From positions 241,118,001-241,182,000 of the forward strand of contig CM097882.1 in NCBI GenBank assembly GCA_044892505.1: a stretch of DNA of 64,000 nt, given 5' to 3'. This document shows, piece by piece, positions 9,870 through 22,539 of the stretch. Numbering within the stretch: the stretch's first letter is position 1; each line of letters begins with the position of its first letter. Origin of the DNA: Schmidtea nova. Lineage: Eukaryota. A model generated the notes under the pieces. It was not told the DNA's origin and searched no databases. It saw only the letters and a program-made list of their open reading frames with translations. The position numbers were made by a program, and so were the translations under genes.

Positions 9870-10529
9870 ATGATACTAGAAAATGGATTACTTTCTGTTG
9901 GTGTTCGAGGTTGCGATATGACCGATATGATAGGAAATGTAAATAATATTGACGATCAATTGGTAATGCAGATTTGTGACTTAATGCACACCTGCCCAAT
10001 GTATGGCGGCCGATGGCCTTATGGAGTTTCTATGCTCTTTGTTGGATGGGATAAAGAGATGTTTTATCCTGGATTTATGGATCTGAAGAGATCATTAATT
10101 AAATCAATTGTTGAGCAATTCGGAAATGATATTGAAGGTGCAGAATTATTAGATGCTTTGAATAGGTGCAGCTATGAGCGTATGAACGAACTAGCTAGTC
10201 AATTATTTGGTCATATTTCTATCCAGCCTGATGACAAGCAGCAGCTAATTGATGTGTTCTGCCAGGAGGTAAATGATGCTGTTGTTGGCGAATGGGAAGG
10301 TGAAACAGTTCCCGTTAATGGGTTAGAGGAGAACATTTGTTTGTCTTCGGATGAGGAGGAAGGCATTGGTAGCGATTCCCATTGGACTTCGTCTGCGTCC
10401 TCGTTGGTGTATATGGATGATGATAATGATGATGACAATGATTCCGTCGAGAAAATCAGAAGAACCCGACCGATATCAACCAAATATCATTCAGATATTT
10501 TCACAGCAGTTATATTAAAATTTTATTGA
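9870..10529 (+). CDS. Chimeric 219-aa ORF containing a ~35-aa proteasome alpha-3 (PSMA4-like) fragment and an acidic tail
   Basis: QLVMQICDLMHTCPMYGGRWPYGVSMLFVGWDK resembles PSMA4 [33 protein letters not shown]; the remainder is not recognisable. Confidence 0.6.
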   Translation: MILENGLLSVGVRGCDMTDMIGNVNNIDDQLVMQICDLMHTCPMYGGRWPYGVSMLFVGWDKEMFYPGFMDLKRSLIKSIVEQFGNDIEGAELLDALNRCSYERMNELASQLFGHISIQPDDKQQLIDVFCQEVNDAVVGEWEGETVPVNGLEENICLSSDEEEGIGSDSHWTSSASSLVYMDDDNDDDNDSVEKIRRTRPISTKYHSDIFTAVILKFY

Positions 10530-11137
10530 AACACAAACTGTTAGTTTTCTAATAAGCGGAAAATATATTTCTAGAAAATAAACAATTTCTAAATTAAATT
10601 ACAATTCATTTCTCTGGCTCATAGTCAATATACTAACGCTTAATTAACTGGAAATTGTGCTCAATTTTAATTTTTGGTGGATGCGGATAGATCCGAATGT
10701 ATTACGTAGTTGAATTTCCTGTGATTTGGATTACGTGCTAAGGGTTATATTTTTCCTTATCACAAACCTTTCCTTTTTGATTTTCGCTGTTACATCTTCG
10801 CCTGGAATCCACTTGACTTTTCTGGATTTTGGATCGTCAAAATTTTATTGAGTTGAACTTATTTGATAAAAAGTTTTTTTTATTATGGACATTCATTTAA
10901 AACATCAACTTGATTTTCAACTTTATTTTTCTTTTTTCAATTATCACTGAATATTTATATTATTGTCATCTTTTGCATAAACCTTTGATGTTTTTCTAGT
11001 TTTTCTATTAACTTTGATGCCGTAATTATTAGAAAATAAATAAAATAATTCCCATTCGATATATTTATATTAAAAAATAATGAAGTTTGAATTTGAACAA
11101 TATTCGAAATTCAAATTTTCCATTTGCTACACAAAAT

Positions 11138-11172
<35 letters not shown>

Positions 11173-11194
11173 GAATATTTTTTTTTAACTTGTA

Positions 11195-12781
11195 AGTAGT
11201 AGGATGTGTTTAGTCATATGTAACTTTTTATAAGATTCAGTATTAGCAATTTTGTTGAGAGAAATTGAGTCAGTATGAACAGCTGTTGATAAATCGAATT
11301 GAAAAACCAAAATCAGATGAATAATTTATATTTTTGATAGAATTCAAATAACCGTTTACAAAATCTTCTTATTTCAAAAAACCTATGACAAAAAACAAAC
11401 AGGATTATTAAAAAAATCCAACCAAAATAAATTTTAAAATAAGTGATATTTTTTATATAAAGTAAATTTCTTTTTAACCACAATTTTAATTTATTTTCTT
11501 TTCAATAATCAAAATTCTTTTTTTTCGTTTTATTTTGATATGATAGCAACACCCAAATCATGTTTTTGAAAAATATAAGAAAATTTGAGATTTTTAGGGA
11601 AAGGAAACTGAGCAGACATATATAGATATAATGCGAACAATAATACTGAATTTTTCATCTTCTTTGGCTATTAAATGCGTATTGCAAATAGATAAGCACA
11701 TAGTTTTCAGTTGATAAGTGATATTGAAAGTGTTCATGATTTTCTGGAAAATACTGGACGACTATTAACATATTGGTTCATCGTCTTTGCATCTTGAAAT
11801 TCTCCCACGCACTCCGAGACACCCGCCGGACAAAATAACCCCCCTAATGTGTCATTGTCAAATAAAGCCATTAATATGATGTTATTGTCGAGCTTTGTCA
11901 TATAACGTAATATATTAGTGATGTAACAAATACCCTCTTATATAATAGCCCTATGTCATAATAATTGACTTTTGACTTGTGTTGAATTCCTTACCGTATT
12001 ATATCGAAATTGACTATTGACCTAATATTTCATATTTGACCTTTGTTCCCAGTTGACTTTTGATATATCATCATACTTAACCTTTGACAACAGTTGATAT
12101 TTAATTGCCATGCGGTTGCATTCTTTTTCATTTATGTCATGCGTACCCATTTAGTTACATGCGTACCCACTTACACACATGGTTACTCATTTACATAATG
12201 ACTTCACACTTACTACCCCAGTCTCGCTGCATCTCACATGTACCTCCCACTTCCACTGTACCGATGTAACACTGAACGACTACTCTCAAATATGCAGTTA
12301 GTCCATTTCAAAATCTACAATATTAAATAAGATTTACTTTAATAGTTGTTAAATTCTATAAATGCATGAATTACCTTTCTTATTATTTTCACTAGGATCA
12401 ATTAAAAAATTAATATATGTATGGAATTATTAAATCAAATTTTAAATTCAAAGAAATCGAATCATTCGATTTGTATAAACTAACTCCAAGCCGTCTCAAT
12501 AACTATATTAATAAGGATATAAAATGTTCTACTGTTTTAATTATAAATAGTTTTCTACATAATTTTAAATTACATATTTTTAGATAAAATATTTATTCAA
12601 TTAAATTTTTAATTAAATTATTTTCTTGACTAACACTTCTCAAATTTCAATAAAATTTCACAATATTTCAAAATCAATATGCTGAATGTGATTCCGTAAA
12701 AATATTTTAAAAAATACGAAAAATACAAAAATTAAAAGAAGTTTAGCCAGCTCCTCTGACTGGGGCGCTCATCCTACTACT
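11195..12781. mobile_element. Possible degraded Maverick-type non-autonomous element
   Basis: Left AGTAGTAGGATG and right CATCCTACTACT form a 12-bp inverted pair. The right end (GGGCGCTCATCCTACTACT) resembles the TIR at 17666-17686. No clean TSD. Confidence 0.35.
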
Positions 12782-12953
12782 AGTTGAATATTCTTAGTTA
12801 ACTAATATAATTTGCAAGTTAAAATACTTTTTAAAATTTTACAAATTTTATATTTGTTGTTAGATGGTTCTAGAAAATGTAAAACTCGAAATATCGAACT
12901 CAGTCGCCGGAATGATGCAGCGAATTATGACTGTTACTCACAATTTGTCATAA

Positions 12954-15900
12954 TTCGAAAATGAACATATTAATAATAAATACAACCTTTCTAAATCAAA
13001 TAAAAGATATGATTTCCTGAATAAAACAATGAACATTTGTGCTATAATAGTAAGTAAAATATATTCCATTCACTATAAATATCACCGGTTTACGTAGAAA
13101 GCACCCTATTTCACGAAGGTCAATAAAAGTGGACCATTCTCCATGGAAAATGTGTCTGGATTTTTCACGAAAATACTCTCTAATTTGGGTGAAAAATTAA
13201 ATTTCCAGTACGTTAACTTTTTTAATAATTAATTTTTTTGAAATATTAGTATTTTTTTTCTTTTTTGGTTTGTAGTAAATATTTAAGATATTTTAATATA
13301 AATGAATCAATTTTATAAAGGGAATAATTATGATATTTTTTCTACAGTGTCTTTTTTGGTCTGATTAAGCATGTCAAACTTTTTCGAAGTAATAAAATTT
13401 ATAAAATTTTTAATTCAACAAATATTTAATGATAAAATTATTCATTGCAAACATTACTTATATTAATTTCCTGAGTAAGTTTCAGTTAGGTTGCTTACTA
13501 TGGGGTAAATCTAGGACCGAAAACTTTTTTAGTTATCTAGTAATATCATTACGAACAGATAAAAATAAAAAGGCAGCGTATGTTCCTTCATGTTTTGCCA
13601 AAATTCCCAATAACTAGAATTTGTTCAATCAAAAGAAAAATAAAAAATTAGTTCACACTTAAAGACAAAATATTGTCTCACGTCAATTTAGTTGAACAAA
13701 TGAAACTTTAGTGTATTACGGGAGGTTATCTATACATTCATCGTATTCGATTCAGTTTTCACCAAAAGGTTATTGGTAAAAATGACAATATACAGATGAC
13801 TTTCCATCAAGTTCAAGATATTATTAAATTCTCTGATTCAAAGTCAGACAGGTGCTTCCTATGTAAATTTCTTCGCATTTATTACACGTGATTTCGACAC
13901 AACAAACAATATTTACTGAAGTCCTTCATCGTATTGGGTAACGATATTAGAAAAAAGAAATCCAACCTAAGAATGCAGAAAGATTTGCAAAGTAAAATAA
14001 CATTTATACTATATTAATTATCGGATCAATTTTATGATATTTAAATATTAAATTAATGCTGCTGCCAAGAAATCACCATTTTCCAGTGGTGTACCTAAGG
14101 TAAATGGTGCCTATGGCAAACACCAATCTTGCGCCCCTCCCCGACGATATTAACACTATTACAAATTTATCTTTCTTGCTTACCCTGACGCAAATTGTTT
14201 AATTATATTATCATAGTCAATTTCTTTCGGTCATTTCTCGTTCTATGCTAAGTAAAGCAAGATCACATAATCGACTTTGATTCATCGAGGCTCTCAAATA
14301 TGAAAGTATCAATTTTAATTTGCTAAATGATCTTTCGCAACTGGCGATAGAAACCGTGATTTAATACACGATTTTAGAAAATGAGGATTGAGAAAAATAA
14401 AAAGTTTTTTAAGCTAAAATGTAAGTCTCGATATGATTCAATTTTTTCGTGGAAGTTTTCTTTTATCTTTATTATTTTTCCTTCTGTGCTCATTTTAAAA
14501 GAAAATTTAGGGGTAGGGTAGGGGTAGTGGAGGCTCTCAATAATAATCATTATAAATATAACAAAAATAAAACCTGTGCGCGATAACCTATCCGTTGCTG
14601 TGGGGCTGACACATTTTCAAAATGACTTTCTCGGATCTTATTAAAAGATTTCCAACACAAAAAGTCTTCAGTGCAATGAACTCTACCTAACTGTAATCAG
14701 AAGAATTAAAAAATGACGAATATTGAAAAGAAATGTAATTTTTACCTATTTTTCACTGTTTTCACGTTTTTGTGCCTTTGCACACTTGTTACAAAAACAC
14801 CTTCAACATGTGAAATGTGAGGTACAATGTGCTAAACTAATCAGCTTCGAGAAAATATAAAAATTGTATATGGACAGTGAAAAATATGAAAAATCAAAAA
14901 ATCAATAATCAAAAATATAAACAACAAAAGTTATTAAGGGGGAGCTATGTGCGCGATAATTCATCCAGTGCTAGGAGACACACATACCATACTATCGTCC
15001 TTCTGATTAAGTGATACGTCTCTAAAATTTACACGATTACTCTTCTGTATCCATTTTACATTAGTAGAGTAGGGGGAGCGCCCAATAACAGGAACAGACT
15101 CCCGCCCCCTAAAAATTTTTTTACTCTGGGCTTTTTGTACAGGAATTTTTGAATTGGATTTTTGATTTGGATTTTTGAATACAATATTTTGATCTGGTTA
15201 TTTTGTATAGGATTTTCTACTTCCAGATTTTTCTCAGGCAAAAAGGGACTCTGGCTTTTTTGTACAGGAATTTTTGAATAGGATTTTTGATCTGAATTTT
15301 TGAATACAATATTTTGGTCTGGTATTTTTGTATAGGATTTTTTGTCTGGTTATTTTGTATAGAATTTTCTACTCCGAGATTTTCTCGGGCAAAAAGGGAC
15401 TCTGGATTTTTGTACAGGAATTTTTTAAACATTGATTATTGGTCTCGTATTTTGTATAGGATTTTTTGTTCGGGTATTTTTGTATAGGATTTTTAGTCTG
15501 GTTATTTTGTATAGGATTCTCTACTCCGAGATTTTTCTCGGGCAAAAAGGGACTCTGATAATTTTGAATATGATTTTTGATCTTGACTTTTGTATAGGAT
15601 TTTTAGTCTGGTATTTTTGAAAATAATATTTTGGTCGGAGAAAATCAAAAAAAATTAAAAAGTGGTCAGAATTCAATAATTTTTATATCAATCTACTGAG
15701 AATTGAAAGCAAACAATAATGGTCAAAAATTTAAAAATATGAAAAATTGATCTCATCCGACCAATTTTTACACGTAAAAAGGGTCAACTCGGGGAATTTC
15801 CAAAAATCAAAAATGCTCAGAATTCAAAAATTTTTATACCAATCTACTGAGAATTGAAAGGCAAACATTTATGGTCAAAAACTAAAAACATGAAAATTTT

Positions 15901-18900
15901 GACTTATCCGCCGACCAATTTTTATACGTAAAAATGGTCGACTCGGGGAAATTCCAAAAAATCAAAAATGCTCAGAATCAAATAATTTTTATACCAATCT
16001 ACTGAGAATTGAAAAGCGAACAATAAAGGTCAAAAAATTAAAATTATGAAAAATCAAAATTTTATACGGAAAATGTCAGTCTCAGTAAAAAAGGATAAAG
16101 TACATAAAAAACGTGGAAATATTTAAAAATAATTTTTAAACTAAATAATTAAATCTAAATAAATTTATCATAATTAAATAAAAAAGTAAATAATTTCTAT
16201 ACGAATTTCCAAACTCAGTAAATAATTCGCTCAATATTTTTCTATTGAATTTATTAAGTAAAATGGTACATTAAATAAAAAGCTTGGAAATAATAAGTAA
16301 ATTAAAGTTAGAATTTTAAAATAAGTTGTACTGGATTTATGAAAAATGGTTAAGTAAATAAATTAAAGATAGAATTTTAAAAATAAATTAAGAATTTAAA
16401 GATAAATAGAATTATAAGCAAATAATTTTTTAAAAAATAAGTAAATTAAGAAAGACGTGAGTTTTAATGTCATTATTTTAAAATGAATTGATTTTATATG
16501 AACTTTTAAGGAAATATTTGAAAAATGTGAGAATTATTAAATATTTTTGAAATTTTTTAAAGTAAAATTTTTTTTTAACAATAAAGTCAATGTTTAATTT
16601 TTTTAACAATAAAATCAATGTAAAATTTCTTTTTAAACATTAACCAACAAGTAAATTTATTTAATTAATAAATACAAAGTAAATATTTTTCACAATTAAA
16701 ATTTTTAACTAATAAATACAAATCCTAATGTTTTTCAATATAATGTTTTTTAAGGAAATGAATCACCAGACTAAAAATCCTATACAAAAATCCCAGACCA
16801 AAATATTGTATTCAAAAATTCCTGTACAAAAAACCCAGAGTCCCTTTTTGCCTGAGAAAAATTCTGGGAGTAGAAAATCCTATACAAAATAACCAGAGTA
16901 AAAATCCTATACAAAATAACCAGATCAAAATATTGTATTCAAAAATCCAGATCAAAAATCCTATTCAAAAATTCCTGTACAAAAAAGCCAGAGTCCCTTT
17001 TTGCCTGAGAACAATCTGGGAGTAGAAAATCCTATACAAAATAACCAGAGTAAAAATCTTATACAAAATAACCAGATAAAAAATCCTGTACAAAAAATAA
17101 ATTANNNNNNNNNNNNNNNNNNNNNNNNNNNNNNNNNNNNNNNNNNNNNNNNNNNNNNNNNNNNNNNNNNNNNNNNNNNNNNNNNNNNNNNNNNNNNNNN
17201 NNNNNNNNNNNNNNNNNNNNNNNNNNNNNNNNNNNNNNNNNNNNNNNNNNNNNNNNNNNNNNNNNNNNNNNNNNNNNNNNNNNNNNNNNNNAGTAAATTA
17301 AAAAAAAATTAATATAAAATAAAAAAAAATAAATTAAAAATAAATTAATTAAAATTAATAAGTTAATTAAAATTAATTAAAATTAAAAATAAATTTATTA
17401 AAATAAATTTAATTAAANNNNNNNNNNNNNNNNNNNNNNNNNNNNNNNNNNNNNNNNNNNNNNNNNNNNNNNNNNNNNNNNNNNNNNNNNNNNNNNNNNN
17501 NNNNNNNNNNNNNNNNNNNNNNNNNNNNNNNNNNNNNNNNNNNNNNNNNNCAAAATAAAAAAATGAAAACAAATTCATTTCATTTAAACAAATATTTTAC
17601 TAAAAATTAAAAACAAGAACAGGGGGGTAAAAACTTAGAGGGGGCGGGGGTCTGTTCCTGTTCTTGGGCGCTCCCCCTACTCTACTTACATTTCGACATG
17701 GAATAATTATCCTAAAACATTTTAACCAGTGTAGTAATTTCATTTATAAATGTAAATCTAATATTTAAATTTCATCTTTTAGCCCCGTAATTTATTTACC
17801 AAGTGACGGTCGTTATGGAGCAAGAGTAGAAAATCAAAGTTTATTCACCGGTTGTGTTGGTGATGTTCAATCGCAGGTAACTAAACCTATATAAGCAAGC
17901 TAAACATTCATAACTTTATAACATTTTAGAAAGCTACTTTTGCAGCTGCAAGTTTTACAATAAATGATGAAAGAATGAGAGTTGTTGATTATACATATCC
18001 TATTATGTCGGATCCGTCAGTAGTTATTTATCAGAATCCTATTGCCAAATCTCAGTGGTGGNNNNNNNNNNNNNNNNNNNNNNNNNNNNNNNNNNNNNNN
18101 NNNNNNNNNNNNNNNNNNNNNNNNNNNNNNNNNNNNNNNNNNNNNNNNNNNNNNNNNNNNNNNNNNNNNNNNNNNNNNNNNNNNNNNNNNNNNNNNNNNN
18201 NNNNNNNNNNNNNNNNNNNNNNNNNNNNNNATGTATTTAGTTCATTCAAATATGAGGTTTGGATTCTCACTTTTACTGCCTTAATTTGCATTTCAATTTT
18301 CGCAACAATCTTTTGCAAATACAATCCGTATTCGGCATGGAACTTAAAGTTACCGTTTGCCATCGAAGATGAGATTCTGTATACAGAACACATTTGGAGA
18401 TCGGTCGGAGTAATTTTTATGCAAGGTTACACATTTTGATAAAGCCTTTAAACTAAATTTCACCTAAAATCATCACTATCGTTACTAATGAAACTTATGT
18501 TAAAATGAAAAGTAATTTTATCAATCTATACTTTCATAGCTTACTGTCAATTAACTAAGAGTGTAATTTATACGGTACAATCTCACGCTACAGTCGATCT
18601 AGCTTATTGAAACAATTCTTTTAAGGGTAATGTGTGTTTTTAATTGTTTGATTCAAAATGACGCGCCTTCATTTTTTTCATAAACAACTTTAGAAATTTT
18701 GTAGGGACCCTAAAGCTATTATTGTATCTACGTTAACTGAATGATGTTTCGATTCTTGTTCATCATTATGGAACTTAATAGAAATATTAGTTTTCTCAAT
18801 ATTACCTTTTTTTAATGACTGATTCAACAATTGTAAAATTTTATATTTAATAGAAAGATCAATTGACATAGAACAACAAACCACTTATGTTAGGCAAAGT

Positions 18901-21900
18901 CTTAATCAATCATGGCCTATTCGAATTTGATAATGCGAGTTAAAAATTCCCGTAGTTGATTGACACTTATACAAACTTGATAAAGATTGTGCCAAAATAT
19001 TGTGTACTTAACAACCAAAAAAAGGTTTAGATCTTTAGTCTTACAATTAGGAAAATTATTGATATAAATAAAGAGATCATAGGTTAAGCCAAAAGAAAAT
19101 TATGATTGTTTATAAATTATAAAGAATTGACATTACTATGTTAGAGTTGTGTCTAAACTAGCACAAAATAAAATAAAAAACACAAACTATATACAAATCA
19201 ATGAAAACATGAAAATTTAAAATATAATAATTAAAGTACAAAGAGTAATTAAAAATTTAGAAAATTAAAAAATAAAGATTTAGTTAGAGAAACTAATATG
19301 AGAGTATTCTAAATGATGAAATAAATTATAATATAAAAAAAATAAATTATAAAAAATAAATTATAATATAAAATCAAAAAGGAGTCCCCAGATAGAAATA
19401 TTAAGAGAAAAGAAATTAATTAAAGAAATTAAAAAAGTGCAGATTTGTTAAAAAGTGTTATCAACAATTGTAATTGTGTGGTGAAATTAAGTAAAACTTA
19501 TTGTGTTGGGTGGCTTATATTGATTTTATAAAAGCAGCACGATGAGTCAGAAATTTATATCAACTTAATAATAAATTCAACAATTATCTCTTTTCACAAA
19601 ACGGAAGTGAAGCTCTGTCAATATGAAAAATCTGTCAGGTTCATTAATGAAAGTCGGTATTACCTTCTGATTCTTCGTGCACTTATTTTCAAAAATCAAG
19701 ATTGCCAAACACAATAACTTATATTCGAAGTTCAATACAATCACTACAATTTGTTAATAACCCTTTTATCTTAATTTGCACTTTTGTTTCAAAATTAAAC
19801 AATAACATAGGTCACCCAAAAAGAAATCGCCTTATTAATGCTGGTAAGCTTTAATTCATTTGGTTGATAAACAAAAGTAATTTTATTCTTATCGTATTTT
19901 GGTCACAACTAACTTTATCGTCCCTGCTACTTTGGTTAATTGACGTCCCCTAATTGAATCTTCCCATCCAAATATAGTTTTCTATTTTCTCCCGGAGTCT
20001 CACTTTAATTAAATAAATTGTTTCTAAATTTGACTATGCTTACCTCCGGGGCTTACTATAAAAATGATATATTCTTCTCAATAAAATTATTTTTTTTTGG
20101 ATTCAATCTTCTCTCGTGGCTCGGGTTTTCTAAGATCATTTAATTTAATTCACAAATTCAATAACTTTGTTTTTGACTCGGATTGTTCATACTGCTCGGG
20201 TTTCCAATTAGGTAATTAATTTTTATTTCTTTACAATATTTTGCTGGGGACCCGCCGTTGATTTTTTATTACCATATTTGGATTTGTCTTATTATTTGGC
20301 ATCCACCTAGACATGAATATGGTTAATAATACTGTTAAGTGAACAAATATAAAATTTTTATATAAATAAATTAATGTAGTTTCTTGATATAAATTCTGCA
20401 GCCTCCATAAGACACTGCATGCTAGAATTTTAATTTTAATAAATTATTTAAAAGAAAATACGATGCAGGTCAAGATTTTCACGCATATCCAATTTCATCA
20501 AGAATGGTCACTGCTTTCTGGTGGATATTTTCTGCTATTATCCTTACTGTTTACTCGGGTAATTTATTTTTATTTTATTAATTAAATAGCAATAGTTATT
20601 CTTAAGTAATCAAAGTTTTGATCTATCGAGACTGGACTATCATTTTTGATGTGTTATATTCGATTGGCTGCTCAACATAAATATTTCGCTCTAAATTACA
20701 CAATTCATTTTTAAAATCCACTCAATTTTCTGTTATAACATTCTCATCTGTTTCATAATTTAATCAGTGGCCGGACAAAATGTCCCGGAAAAATGTCGTG
20801 GTCAAAATGTTATGTGGACAAAATGTTACTGGACAAGATGTCGCAGACAGAATGTCATGGNNNNNNNNNNNNNNNNNNNNNNNNNNNNNNNNNNNNNNNN
20901 NNNNNNNNNNNNNNNNNNNNNNNNNNNNNNNNNNNNNNNNNNNNNNNNNNNNNNNNNNNNNNNNNNNNNNNNNNNNNNNNNNNNNNNNNNNNNNNNNNNN
21001 NNNNNNNNNNNNNNAAATATAATAATTATGTTGAGGTTGGTAAATTAAAATTATTTTAATTTGAATTACATATGATGATAAAGATCTGACGAAAACAGAA
21101 CTGGAAAAAACGTGCAAATCAGAGACATTGGAATAAATTGAAAAGTTATCAAAATTGAATCGGGGAAAAAGAATAAGTGTAGATCAGGGAAAAGAGAATA
21201 AGACAGCGAGCAAGAAATGGTCAGAAAATGTTTTAAAAGGGTTGAAAAACAGGCAAAAAGGTTAAAACAGAAATCATTAATTAACTAATTAATTGGCTAA
21301 TGGAAAACCCGAGCTAATGGGAAGCCCGAGCCAATGGAGAACCCGAGAGATGAAGAAACCCCGAGCGCGATTATTAGGGAAAATAAACAAAATGACTTTT
21401 GGAGAGCCATTATCAAAAACAACCGAACGTGGCAATCAAGAAAAATAAACAGATTAACTTTTAGAGAACTATTATGGAATCAACATGAGAAGGGAGGGTA
21501 AATAAAAAAAGATCGGAATTAACACGAAGGAACGGTAGAAGTGATTAATTACAGTTGTTTATCACAATGTCAAAGGAAGCCGCTGGAAATCAAAATGATT
21601 ATTGGAGTATATAAGGAGACACCAAATTCAGAAAAGGCGGCGTTAGCCTTAGGTAGAGAAGAAGAAACTGACAATAAGTTTTGGAGAATGTTAGAAGTGA
21701 AATTAGAGAGACGTGGAAAGTTAAGAAATCAACGAAGTCAGATCAAGGAAATTAAAGGGTACCCAAAGTGAATCAAAGAGTTTAGGAAATTAAATTCGAG
21801 AAGAGTCAAAGAAATCGATTCAAACGAAAGGAGTCGATTAAAGGAATCAAAAGATGATATTTACTTTCAGATCGCACAAGGTCGAGGCTTCCGTGGTGAG

Positions 21901-22484
21901 GCTTGATCAAATAGAACAAAAGAAATTATCGTTGTGAAATTTGTTGTGGTTGACAATCGTAAAGTGTAATAACAAATATACGTTGGGAAATCAGAGTTTA
22001 TTGATTTGTCTGAACACGAGGAGTCAGAGTAACCAACGATCAATCTTGTGTTATTATAAACCCAACAATTATTATTATTATTATTATCAATAATTCTCAT
22101 AATGATGACTATAGATCAAAATTTTTTTTATAAACAATAACATTTGTTTATAAAAAATAATTTTGGTCTATAGTCATCATTATGAGAATTATTGATAATA
22201 ATAATAAAAAAAGATCAAAGGTGAANNNNNNNNNNNNNNNNNNNNNNNNNNNNNNNNNNNNNNNNNNNNNNNNNNNNNNNNNNNNNNNNNNNNNNNNNNN
22301 NNNNNNNNNNNNNNNNNNNNNNNNNNNNNNNNNNNNNNNNNNNNNNNNNNNNNNNNNNNNNNNNNNNNNNNNNNNNNNNNNNNNNNNNNNNNNNNNNNNN
22401 NNNNNNNNNNNNNNNNNNNNNNNNNNNNNNNNNNNNNNNNNNNNNNNNNNNNNNNNNNNNNNNNAATAACAATAAAAATATTAA

Positions 22485-22539
<55 letters not shown>

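Noticed and set aside
7745-10750. piggyBac or Helitron boundaries around the USP7/PSMA4 cargo
   Set aside because: TTAACCCC at 7753 and AAGGGTTA at 10740 do not form matching TIRs, and the candidate Helitron hairpin has only a 4-bp stem.
11708-11790. Additional 5' exon of the iGluR gene
   Set aside because: An acceptor-like TTTTCAG is present, but the frame hits a stop, there is no iGluR similarity, and it lies within a possible transposon remnant.
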